This document shows, one piece after another, positions 48,284 through 61,465 of a stretch of DNA of 64,000 nt; the stretch's first letter is position 1, and every line of letters begins with the position of its first letter. Made by a program: the position numbers and the translations under genes. Source of the DNA: Azolla caroliniana (taxonomy: Eukaryota; Plantae; Polypodiophyta); assembly GCA_043228905.1 (NCBI GenBank), contig JBHGNT010000022.1, positions 11,780,001-11,844,000 on the forward strand, written 5' to 3'. The notes under the pieces were generated by a model. That model did not search any database, was not told where the DNA came from, and saw only the letters and a program-made list of their open reading frames with translations.

Positions 48284-49423
48284 GTGAAAATGCAATTTTG
48301 TGATAGTAGAAGTTGATGGCAAGCCTTTCCTAAACCAAGAATTGGGAACTCATATACAAGCATGCAACACAGAACCATAACACTAGTGACACTAAAAATT
48401 ACGTCTAGTTGTACAATAGAGCATGGAGCCAAATTGGTGTAGAACATACAAACAATGATATTACAAAACATTCAAGCCAATTCCCATTTTTATGTTTATT
48501 GTTGTCAATATCATTTCCCATCTCATGCTTGAATGCTCCATAGAGCGTTGTAGTAATGTGAGGAGAGCATATGTTGAAATGGGTTAAACTAAATTTTCAT
48601 CTCCTTAATCCTTATCAAACTTCCTTTTATTAAGCCACTCCAAGTAATAGAGTAGAGAATTATCTCACATGTATCTTAATTTCCCTTTCATTACTTGAAA
48701 CTAAGTTTCCTTTCCATTATTCATTTCAAGTTGTTTGCAATTATTAATGATCTTACTCACAATCAAACAGGGATCACAACTTATTTTTTTGGCTCTAAAA
48801 TCTGAGCTTGGAGCACAAAATTACACAATTTTAGAGCAAATTCGCCGAATAACTAGTTGTGGGTAAATACGGAAAGAAACTCATTGCATCAACATAAAGA
48901 TTTCATCTCAAGGAAGACAATGAGATTTTCGGAGCTTGATTTTGACCTTTGAGCGAAAAGTTGTGAGATCATATGTTAATTTTGAACAACTGGAATTGAA
49001 CATGCTACATTGACCAGAGGACATCCCGAAGGGGGGAGGTTATAAACATAAATCTCCGAAATTTCAACCCCCCTCAAGGAGGCATGGATACTTTTAAATT
49101 TTCAAAAACTGGAATCCCATTGAAGGAAAACTCCACCCAGGACTAGTGTTGGGCAAAGTTTTTAATCCCTACCACAAATTTTCCTACTTCTGATTAACCT
49201 AACTGGATTATAACCATTTTAATTGGCCATTTTTGTATCAATGTTTATGTCATTTAGAACTTCTTGATTATTATTTTTTAAATCATCACATACCAAATCG
49301 TATAGCATGAACATTCGGTAGAAATTTTACAATTGGTAAAATATTGAGAACATTGGCAACTAAGTAATCCATTGAGAAAAAAATTACTCTACAATATTGA
49401 AATATCAAATGCTATATTGAAAC

Positions 49424-49697
49424 CATAGTACGTAATATTCATGTTTGTTAGCCCAAACATTTGTTTTCATATGTATGCAAACGAATGCGTATGTTATGAA
49501 AACATTTTTGTGTTTTCTTTTACACTTTTTGCCTTAACTTACCTTAACTTTCTTACCCTAAAAAAATTTACCTTATAATAAATAGTGAGTGCAAAAGTAT
49601 ATGGTATTTACCATAATTCGAGGGTGTTTTTCTTACGCGAATGATAAGAATGTTCACGAATGCGCATGTACGAATGCTATGTATGCTTCATACTATG
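49424..49697. mobile_element. hAT-type MITE, unit B copy
   Basis: TIR CATAGTA..TACTATG, TSD ATTGAAAC. Confidence 0.88.
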
Positions 49698-50873
49698 ATT
49701 GAAACATCACATACCATATTAAAACAAAAATACTAGATTGACCACTAGATATGATAAACATTAAATGCCATATTGAAACACAAATACCATGTTAAAAAAT
49801 GGCATGTCATATTGAAACATCACATACCAAAATCATAGAACATTTATATCTAAGTCTCTTACCAAGAGAGAGAAACAAGTCATTCATTGCATGGAGAAAT
49901 TTTGATTTGTATCTTTTATGAAGTTCTCAATGTCATTATCACAATGAGAAGTTCTTGTGAAAATATAACGATATGCCTTGCTTCGCCACAACAAGATTTA
50001 CGCATTGAAGTCATGCTCTTCAAGATTAGGTCCTTCAATAGATATTTATATCAATGTATCTACCACATTGCTTTTTAGTCTATTTTGTAAACCTATTCTT
50101 TGCTAGATTTAAGCCACTAAATCCTCTCTCACATGGTAATATAGAAGAGTATCAAATTGACCCTATCAATGAAAGCTTTAAAACCGTGGATAACTTTTCT
50201 TTTCACACATAATTACAATTTATCATATACCCAAACATCTAAAAAATCTCTTCCTAGCCATTTGTGGTAGCTTTCTTTCCTTCGTCGCGTTCATCAAAAT
50301 TTTCATTCTTCACCATCTTTGTGGAAATTTTTGTTGTCTTTCTCTTCCAAATTTCAGAATTTGAAGCCAAAAAAATCTTTGTTTTCCTTGTTTGTCCACG
50401 GAAATTTTTAACATGGATTTGCAAGAGATATTTAAAAGTATGTATATTAAAAATTATAAATGATAGTAAATTCTTGAGAATGAGTATTGGTGTAGGGTCA
50501 TGGAGATAGAGAGAACAAAAGCATTTTGCTTTGATGGATATGGTTTTGTTGGTGTTAGTGTAGGGTCATGGAGATAGAGAGAACAAAAGCATTTTGCTTT
50601 GATGGATATGGTTTTGTTGGTGTCAGTGTAGGGTTATGGAGATAGAGAGAACAAGCGCTTCTTGCTTTGATGGATATAGTTGTTTAGGGTTTATATGATT
50701 ATGGATATGTATAGATCTCAAGACTAGAGCCCTTAATTATTAGACTAGAACCCTTAATGATTACCCTCTTTCCAATTATTTAAAAGACTCCATACCCTTT
50801 TTTTGGATTGCCTTTAATTCCAATCAATGTGTGCCTTTCTTGTATAACATGTGCCAATGAATGTATGTACCGT

Positions 50874-51590
50874 TGTCGTAGTGTATTTCGTACACTACGT
50901 GAAAATAATATAAAATAACCGATTGATTAAATATGAAGAAAAAAGAAGAAAATATCAAAATAAGCATTACATGCATAGGGCAAGATTTAAACCTTGCACC
51001 TCCATGTTAATAATATAATGTCTTACCATTGCACTAGCATTTCATCAATATTAAAAAGTAGATGTTCCACATAGAAAGTTTAGTTAACCTAGGATAAACT
51101 TTGGTTAAAAGAAAATGCATGCTAAAAGAAAAAGCTACGCATGCACATCTAGCGTGCATGAACGCTATATTTGATAAAAAACGCACAAGTTAGAAAAAGC
51201 ATGATCACTTTAGATAAAGAATAGAGTCTATAGTTAGAGAAAACGCACGGGTTGGAAAAAACTCTCTCATCTCTATATAAGGATGAGGAGCACAATGTAA
51301 TGGGTGTAGAATAGTTGGAAATTGGATATATTTCCTAAAACACCAATTAATAAACTATACTCATGGGATTCACGAGGATTCTATATCATTCTCTTTCAAC
51401 CCAAATTTATATTCTTATATTCATATTGATTAATCTAATACAATACACTCGTAGGATTCACGAGTTTGCTATAACTCTTTCTTACAACATATTTATATTC
51501 TTATTAGCCTTAAAACTGTCATCTTCCTAGTCCAAAACCCCAACAGTTCCCCCCGACTCACGCAACGATCCGACGCCAAAAGGCACGACA
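50874..51590. mobile_element. Solo LTR, unit B copy
   Basis: TGTCGT..ACGACA, TSD CCGT. Confidence 0.8.
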
Positions 51591-52069
51591 CCGTCAAACC
51601 ATGTGATCTAGTATTCATCGAGTATATAATATAGAATCTTCCCACTTTATATAATTGGAAACTTATCCCGCACCTATATATTAATTAATGCCATAGTTTT
51701 AGAGAGTAACATGCCTAATGTCACACATAGACAAATATGACATAAAACGAAAATCCGAAATTGAAGCACGATGACTCCTTTTCCACATGTGGGTCCGTAA
51801 ATATGAGTCGCTCACATCATGAAACATTTGGTATCATTATAAAATGACTATCAAAGTGGGATCTATAAATCAATATACATCTCAAAACCATCAACACAAC
51901 CATCTCAAAGCATGACGCCTCCTTTTCCACATGTGGGTCTACTCCTGTTTCACATGTGGGTCGGCAAATACGAGTTGCTCACATCATGAAACATTTGGTC
52001 TCATTATAAAAGGACTCTCAAAGTGTGATCTATAAATCAATATACATCTCAAAACCACCAAAATAACAA

Positions 52070-53310
52070 TGTAGATCAGAAATGAGATGGACTATGAAAT
52101 CGGAAATCATTAACGCTCTACTGATTAGGGAATCTGCTACTCAAAGGATGACAATGGAGAAATGGATAGGCCATGAGGAGGAGGGTTCTCTGATCCCGAG
52201 AGGTAGGGGATCACTAGACAGACTCGAAGGCCCTGAATTATGAGACACTGAGACACCAACACAGAATAACGGCATTCGAGTACTCGCGTACACTGGTCAT
52301 AAATGGGTTGTAGATCCTGATCCAACCAAAGTACAACCCGATTGGCATATATGTACTCATGAAAACACATGGCTACGTAAGGTCAGTTGGGACCCTTTGT
52401 AATAGACATGGCGTGATCCCTACGCGGAGCAAGGAAGCAAACCCATCCCTTTCTTCCAATTCACAACTAGATTGGGTCGCCACATTCTAGCTACTCAAGT
52501 AGCCCGAGAACCGGCTGTTGCGAAGGTCTGGCACACATTTCAAGTTCCCTTCGCAATAATCACCAAGTTTTGGCAGAAAATCTGGAAGCAACAACACGTG
52601 AGGCGAATTACCACTTTCCAATGGTTATTAATACATAAGTCCCTACCGGTGGGAGCATGGCAACGTGGGAACCTTAGCTCTCCTAATTGTGTAGAGTGCC
52701 CACATGCAGTAGAATCCATACGACACGCTCTATGGGACTGCCCAACGTCCCATCGAATATGGCGGGGGGTTGGCCGCTTGTTGCAATTATGCCAGGTGCA
52801 AGGTTCAATCAAGTGGGGAAATATATGTTGGCTATCATGGCAAGCTGCAATTGGCCGATACGAGCATCAGGAGGAGGGGATGACTTTGGTGATAAAAGCA
52901 CAAGAGGTCCTTTTCTCCTCTAGCGGCAATGTCCACTCTATTCCTCTTAATGACAAATCTCAAGAGGCGTTGGAATTGGTCAGCCCAATAACCCTTTGGA
53001 TTCTATGGAAATAACAATGTAGGCGAGTCTTCTCCAACCAAACCGCCCATCCAACAAGGTTACTGCAAGACATATGGAGTGAAATTGTAGCCACTCTAAA
53101 GAGTCAATATGATGGCCTTAAGGGCGGCTCCGAGGGAGTTGAAAGACAACGTATAGCCTTCATCCAACAATGGTCATCCTCTCCCTTTCTTGAGTCAATG
53201 GGCATCCACATAAGATGGAACTATCGCGTCCCTTTAGGGATTTGTACATAATCATCTCATTTGTAAAATTTTATAACTAATGGAAGGAGTTTTTTTTGGG
53301 AAAAAAAAAA
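52070..53310 (+). mobile_element. 5'-truncated LINE, unit B copy
   Basis: TSD CACCAAAATAACAA, poly(A), ORF 52472..53014. Confidence 0.88.
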
Positions 53311-53403
53311 CACCAAAATAACAAACATATAATCAAACCTCTCACCCTACTATACATATCAATAATAATATAGGCATTTTGGCATCAACTTAGGGTATCT
53401 TCA

Positions 53404-53723
53404 ATGGTGATCCTTAGGAGTCTTCCCTCGGTTACAATTTCAACCTTTCGTACCTCGTGTATGAGAATGGTGCATTCGGGTCCTTCTAGGACGTTGTGGA
53501 AGTTGCGGTGGATATGATCAATTGTGTCAATGCTCGTTCTGCAAATTCTAAAGTAGTTGATGCCATCCAACACAATGAGGAGTTGATACGAAGGGAGCCG
53601 AAGCTCAATGCTTACTTGGCTACGATCGTGTCGTGTATGTCTGCCAACATTCGTTGGTCCTTCGAAACATGTCATTACGGACTTAATCACGACAATGGTC
53701 ACAAGCATATAATATCTTGTTGA
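53404..53723 (+). pseudogene. Internally deleted MTPSL remnant, unit B copy
   Basis: Copy of 23619-23935. Confidence 0.85.
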
Positions 53724-53958
53724 TATAAGAATACATGATCTTGATTTTTTGCATGTATGTTTTTGACCTGTCGAGAACGTAGCCTCCCCTACATTGTTTA
53801 TAAATTATTATTCCGTTGGTTTTGAACCATCCTATGTGACAATATGTCATTTGTATTAATCATATTATTCTTTATTTTTGAAGCTCTTTAGCATTGCAAA
53901 CAAGGTTCATTGTCAATTAATATTGTAATTGACCTAGGGTTATGAGAAGAAATTTGTG

Positions 53959-53993
<35 letters not shown>

Positions 53994-54203
53994 ACATAGT
54001 GAGATTTGAGGTTTTTGGAGTAAGTGCATGAAGAGGCTAGAATCAATGCTACGAGGGTGCTCAAAGCATGAACAAAAGGGGGCGAAAGGGGGTTGAGTTA
54101 GAATTCCTTACCATTGAAATTTTCCTTGCAATTAGGTAATGGGAAATATGTTATAGTATATTGGGCTAAATTGAGTGTGGAGGTTTTTCCACTCAAGTGG
54201 AAG

Positions 54204-54434
54204 TATAGTACGTAAAATTCGTGTTCGTCTAGTATAACATTCGTTTTCCTACATTGGAAAACGAATGTGAATGTTATTTAAACATTCTTGTGTTTTTTTT
54301 TTGCTTTTTCCCATTTTTTTAATGTTTTTTATTTATTTTTAGGCTTATCTACCTCATAATAAATAGTTAATCCAAAAGTATGGTATTTATCATTCTTTGA
54401 GGGTGTTTATGGTACGTATGGTTCACATACTATG
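54204..54434. mobile_element. hAT-type MITE, unit B copy
   Basis: Copy of 24418-24646. Confidence 0.82.
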
Positions 54435-55872
54435 AGTGGAACCCACAACTAAAGGGCAATAAGCAAAAGGTAGGGCAATTTTGTGTAATTTCAATGCAAC
54501 TACTTTTTTATTCTTTATATGCTTATGCCGAGGATGTCAAAGTCTAACTAATTAATTAAGCAAACAATAAAAGAATTATAGACCAAAGAAAGGAAAGTGT
54601 GATTTTCTCATTGTGACGTTCAAGCTTGGATATGATTTTCTCAATGAGAAATTAGAAGCCAAATGTTGTTTTTTCTTGCTTTTTTCTGAATCTGAAAGCA
54701 AGGCAAGCTTGGATGCGAGATTAGGAAAGAAAATTTTCCAAAGTACTCATCCAAAGCTTCAAAATAGAGCCATAATAAACTGTACAGCCTCCCTCCACAT
54801 AACAAATGCTATGAGGTCCGCTTATAAAGCATGAGACTTAGCTGATTAGGAGAGAAAATTTTCCCAAGCACTCATCCAAAGCTTCAAAATAGAGCCATAA
54901 TATGTTTTTAGATAGAAAAAGGCTTTCACATTAATGAAAAGTTTCTTACACATGCTTTGAAGACCAGAAAGCTAAAAAACACCATATTCAATAAGTTTCT
55001 GTGATTCCAATTTGATATAATGTTCAAGTATGAATATATATAGAAGTTGAAATTTGAAATGTTGACTGGCGTACATATCTTAGATAAAATTCAAATAAAT
55101 AAACCCATCACTCATATACATAAATAGTTGCATGAAAAATTTGGAACATCCTCTTTTCATGTACATGGTCCCTACAAAAAGCACCAAGAGCTGACCCTGC
55201 ACAAGGTTAATAGAGAACATTAGACTAAGTGAACAAGATGCTTAAGAGAAACCTCACCCTAAAAATGGAACAAAAACAACATGTCTTGGGATACAAACAT
55301 ATAAAAGTGGCACAAGATAAACATGGCGATAAATAAATAAAAGACGGCTCCGATCGTCTACGATTTCCGAGACGAGTTCAGGGCCGTCCAAGGCCTAGAT
55401 TCACGGGCTTCACCTATTTAATGTTTCTCCCCCTAATAGTGACGAGAGGGTCAGGGCCTAAATTTGACGGGTTAATATTAAAGTTTTTTGACGGGCATTT
55501 TTTAAAGATGTATGTCATATGACATAAGATTGCAAAAACTAACATGTCCTTTGACATACAAATTAAAAAAATGAAAAGCATAGTAATATGACCTAGTACT
55601 CACCTTTTCTACACTAACCTAAATTTTTTTAACAAAGCATAGTAACAAGTATGAAAAAAAACAAGTTAGTAAAATAAAATAAAAATTAACTTAAAAAAAG
55701 TAGGTTAATAAAAAAGTTAGTTGCATCTTAAAACTTAACATTAAAAACTAACCTAGAGCCTACACTCTTAGAGTATTTATAAAGGTTATTGTTTAAAATT
55801 TAAATCAAATTTTAACTAATATTATTAGTAAAAAATAAATATTTGAGAATATATATTATAATTACATGATAT

Positions 55873-58800
55873 TGTAAAATGCCTCAAACTCTCTCCCCTT
55901 TTTCTATTACATTTGAATGCTTTTATACACCTTGGTAATACATTCGAAGATACATTCGGTTATCTTGGCACACTTACCTCTAACTAACCTCTTACTAACT
56001 TTAGTGTAACTAACTAACCCAAGGTCTAACTCCCCTAACCCTGGTTATAGCTACTTGGGTTAGGGGAAGGGTTTTGGCCTGTGGTTTTACCACGCGATCC
56101 CACAACTCTCCCCTTCAAAAAATCTGAGTATGTCGACTGTGTCTGATGGTGCCTCTTCGCCTCCGTCATTGTGGGAGTGACATCCGCCGCGTTGCTATGG
56201 CAGAGGGCATCTCCATTGCTCGTGTGCGGTGGTGGCTCTGCTTCGTCCTGCTGGCTAGCTGCGACTGAAGGGTTTTCTGATTCATCCTCGCAGGGGACGT
56301 CATGGTGAGTTTCTTCCTCTTGTGCTTCTTGAGTTGTGGATTGTTGATTATATGGCTTCATCCGTATCACGTGCGCATAAGCAATCCGCCCATTAGCATC
56401 GCGGCGGAGGGAATACGTGTTGGCTCTCATTGAACGGATGACCGTAAAAGGGCCGATCCATCGATGCATCATTGATTCACTGAGTCCTTGTCGGCGGATC
56501 GGGAAATAGACTAGGACCTTTGTTCCGGCTGTGTACTCGACCGCCCGACGACCCTTATCATAGCACCGCTTTTGGCGCGACTGAGCCAATTGTAGATTCT
56601 TGTGTATGCTCAACCGTAAGATAGGTTGAACCTGTTGCAAGTGCAGCCACCAATCCATCGCATCGGTTCGATTATTTTTTTTGGGTAGATCCACCTTGAT
56701 GTCGGGGGGTAAACGGGGATCTCTTCCATATAGTGCTCTGAAAGGGCTGATTCGAGTCGAGGCCTGCACCAAAGTGTTATACGCATGCGTGATGAAGAGT
56801 AAGATCAAATCCCACGTTGTGTGTAGTGGGTCGATGAATGCGGTAAGTTGTTGTTTAATCATCTTGTTCATCCGTTCATTCAATCCGTTCGTCTGGGGAT
56901 GGTATGGGGAGGTGAATATCTGTTGAATCCCTAACTATGTGGCTAATGCTTGCAGTACCTCTCCGCTAAATTGCGGTCCATGATCTGAGAGGATGCGAGT
57001 TGGGCAGCCATGTGGGAAAATGATCCGCTCCATCAGCTTTGTTGCTATGGTGACGGCTCGTGCATCCAGAATTGCGGCGGTTTCGGTCCATCATGTCAAG
57101 TATTCTAAGATGACTAAGATATACTTGTTTCCTGCCTGGGAATCGGGAAAAAAGCCGATGATATCCCATCCTATTAATTCAAAGGGTTCAGAAACAGTAA
57201 TAGGTTGGAGTAGGCCGTCATTGGAATGGGGAGGATTAATTTGTTGACATGAGTGACATTGTTTGATGTAGGCCGCAATTGTTGTACGCATTTGCGGCCA
57301 ATAATATCGGAGACGGATCTTGTCCAATACCTTGTGGAATCCGAGGTGGCCGGACATCGGGTGATCGTGAAAAAATTGCATATATAAATTCCGCAAGCTT
57401 TGTGGCTCTTTCCATGTTTGTATAAAGTATAAGACATTGTTTTGCAATTGGAAATGGGTGTGTACCTTTTTGCTTGTTGTCGATTGGATGTCATGGGTGA
57501 TTTGTCGTATTTGCTCATCGGCTTGTTGTAGGGCTGCTATCTGGGCCATCGTTGTGGGTAATTGGACTAGTGTAGGATTGAATTGAACACATTGTGTTTC
57601 TACTCTTGACAAACCATCGACGATCACATTTTGGACTCCTTTTTTGTAAGTTAAGGTGTACCGATATTCCTGTAAAGCCATTGCCCATCTTAATAGGCGA
57701 CCTGGCGGGTGTGGCTTGTTAATCAGATGGATTAGGGGTTGGTGATCCGTTTCGACGTTGACGTGGGTGCCATGTAAATAGGGATGGAACTTTGTGAAAG
57801 CCCATACGATTGCGAACTTGGAGCCTTTTCGCAATAAGTGTCGTAGGGTTGTTGTCATGGTGGCCATATTGGGAATGAATCGGAGCGAAAAAGTCGCCAT
57901 GCCTAAGAAACTATGCAGGGACTTGACTGTGGTTGGTCGGGGAAAATTGGTCACGGCCTCGGTCTTCTTTGGGTCCATCTGTAGGCCTTCGGCAGAAATT
58001 ATGTAGCCCAAAAACTTGAGTTGGGTGCTACCCCATCTGCATTTTTTCCATTGTAATTTCAAATTGTGTTGTTGTATTCGTTGTAGAACTGATTGTAATA
58101 CCTTAACATGTTGTGGCCATGTGGAAGTATGAATTAGAATGTCATCCAGGTATACGAGCACTGTACCGTTAGCGATAAGGTCAACGAATATTGAATTTGC
58201 CATCCGTTGAAATGTGTTGCCTGCATCGGACAAGCCAAATGGCATCCTATTGAACTGGAATAGCCCTCTGCGTGTTCTGAAAGCTGTCTTATGTGCATCT
58301 CTTGGGTCCATTGGAATCTGCCAATATCCAGCCGCAAGATCGATAGAGGTGAAGTACTTTGAGCATCCCAGCTGGTCCAAGAGATCATCTATTCGCGGCA
58401 GAGGGTAAAGGTCATGGATGGTAACTTGATTGAGCTTGCGAAAGTCAACACAAAATCGGTATGTGCCATCATCCTTTTTGACCATGTGTGGCTCCGATAC
58501 CCAATCACTATGTGGGGTGAGATGATCCCCTTTTTAAGCATCTCATTAACTGCTCGGTCAATGCGTGCATGATCTAAAGGAGAATGTCGTCTTGCTGCTG
58601 TCCGGACAGGTGTTGCGCTTCCTGTGTTGATGACATGTTGGACTGGGAATGAGACTGTAGTGGGCTTGTCAGATGAGTTGATTAGTTCGGGGTATTGAGC
58701 TAAAACCCTGTGGACATCACTTAGGCGAACCTCCTTGCTTAATGTTACCTGTGCATTGCTGATTTGTTGGTTGCATTTGCTTGTGAACAGGGGAACTGGC

Positions 58801-60153
58801 CTTGCTTGTGGTAATGTGAGGTGACGCGTATGGAAATCGAGTTGGGCCCTGCTCTTGATGAACCAATCACATCCGAGTGTGAGTGGGAACAATTAATGTG
58901 GAAGGACGTAAAAGGTGTGTGTGATCGTGGTGGAGCCTAGCTTGAGTGTGTAGACGACTGTGGTGTTGGACTTATATAGGCGTTGGTGATCGCCAAATAA
59001 CACCTTGATGGGGGAGGCTTTGGAGGTTGAAAGATTGAGGCGATCAACTAGATCTTGACTGATGGAAGATATGCTACTACCGGAATCAAAGAGAACTTCT
59101 TGTGGGCTATGGAGAATTGTTGCCATGGTCGTGCACACGGGAGAACTTGAGGATGTGGATGCTTGTATGTGCGGGGGTTGTGCTCCCTTCAACACCCCGC
59201 GACTTAGTTTTCTGACAGGTCGGTCCGATAACTATTGTCAACCAACTATACTTGCACATTTTGCTTCTGTGTTTGGTTGTTCCATTTCCGACAGTGTTTC
59301 TTCACGTGCCCATAGTTGTTGCAAAAAAAACACTTAGGTCTTCCTTGTGTATCGCGTGTTGGCAGGTTCCTTCTTGCTTGTAGTTGAGCGTTCTGGATAT
59401 CGATTTCCATTAGCGTGGCGTTGCTATTGTATTGTTTCTCGGAATTGACATTGGATGACCAACTCATTTGGAGTTCTGTTTGTGTTGCTGCTTCAATGCG
59501 TTGTGCAATGAGGATGGCTTCTTGAAATGTTTTGGGGCCTTGATCGCGCACTCGACGATATATTTCTGGGCATAGCCGTGGCCATAAGAAGAATAGCTTC
59601 ATCGATTCTGGGATTGTTGGATTTGCGCGAGTAATTAATAGTTGTAATCGGATTGCAAATTGTGTCACTGGCTCATGTTGTTGTTGTTTGATTGTCTCTA
59701 GTTGCTGCAAAGCCGTCTGAGTTGAGTCATGGTGAGCAAAATTCCCGATCATGAGGGATTTAAGTATCGACCAATCGTTCTTGGACTCCTCTGTTTGCTG
59801 TATGAACCATGTGGTCGTGATGCCCTCCAATAAAGTTCGCATCTCTAGTGCTTTCCGTGCTTCGGGCCACTGATGATAGCTCGCCACCATTTCAAAATGA
59901 TCGAGCCAAGAAAGGATGTCCTCAGACGGCAGACCTGAGAAGGATTTAGGTCGTACTCGTGGGTCTGGCCGATTAGCGTGCCTATCTGTCTGCGAAGAGA
60001 AAAAAGATAGCATGGCCTGATTAGTCAAATTTGATTGTATTGCGATGTTAGATACCGCTTGTATTAGTTGATCCAGCTGGAAAGCTTGACGGTTTTCTTG
60101 GTGTTGTTGCAGAAATTCTTGATTCATGTCGGTGCATTCTGTTACTGATACAT
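55873..60153 (-). mobile_element. 5'-truncated Ty3/gypsy, unit B copy
   Basis: Putative LTR 55873-56104. gag is continuous (within 59246..60193). pol is broken by stops and frameshifts plus an in-frame ~240-bp deletion in the RT connection/RNase H region (KGSKF|AIVWAF). Confidence 0.9.
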
Positions 60154-61465
60154 GTTTAGGGTTTATATGATTATGGATATGTATAGATCTCAAGACTAGA
60201 GCCTTTAATTATTAGACTAGAGCCGTTACTGATTACTCTCTTTCCAATTATTTAAAAGACTCCAGAGTCCATACCCTTTTTTTGTATAGCCTTTAATTCC
60301 AATCAATGTGTGACTTTCTTGTATAACACGTGCCAATGAATGTATGTACCATCAAACCATGTCATCTAGTATTCATCGAGTATATAATATAGAATCTTCC
60401 CACTTTATATAATTGGAATCTCATTCCACACCTATATATTAATTAATGCCATAGTTGTATATTGTAATGTTTGATGTCATATTTCATGTGGGTGTGAGTG
60501 CATTGGTTGTCGTATGCAAGCAACTCGTATTTAGCATACACCCACATGTGAAAAACGAGACATAATGCCTATTGAAACTCATATATGATTAATGATCATA
60601 GATGTGATGCCATATTCGTGGGCCATGGCTATGGAGTCCTCTTTTCATTATAGATATCCCATGTGAAAAGACCAATATCTCATGTTGTGCCACCAAATTG
60701 ATGGAAAAGCTACTAATGTCAAATAAATAAATAGATAAAAGTATGCTCAACGTAAACCATTCACACCCATCCGCGATGTGAATTAATATGTAACTTGAAA
60801 ATAAATCTGAGAGAGGTGGTGCACATTTTGAACCTTCACAATAATGGAGAAACATGAAATCGCATGATCAAGTATAAAAAATTACTATACAATATTGAAA
60901 CATCACATTCCATATTGAAACAAAAATACTTGATGGAACATTACAAGGAAAAATTATACATGTGTTGTATATAAAAGTGGCAAGATTATATAGATATATA
61001 TCTATACATACTAGCATACATGTGCTTGTTTAGGGATTCGTCTTTTAATTATTCATGAAATACTTTGTAACATGGTTTCATATGATACTTTCTAATGGAG
61101 AATCGTGTTTCAAAAATCATTAAGCACTTTAAAGTTGTTAACTTCTCAAATTTGTATGTTTACGATTGCGGGAAATGGACCAAATACATAAGACATGAGG
61201 TATGCAAAAACACAACGTGCAAGTGGAAATATGTACATATTATGGAGGCATTTCCAAGCACGAGACTTGAAAGCTACAAAGACGTGTGGAACTTTTTGGA
61301 CATGAGTACCTTATTTGGTATGATTATAAAAGGACTCTTGAAGTGTGATCTATGCATAACTCAATATATATCTCAAAACCACCAACACAACCATATCATC
61401 AAACCTCTCACCATATACATATCAATAATATAGCCATTTGACATCAACCTTACGGTAGATACTCA

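Noticed and set aside
60154-60193. gag N-terminus MRSIHIHNHINPKH as a chimeric gene start
   Set aside because: Non-ATG start in flanking non-element DNA; it is only read-through across the truncation junction.
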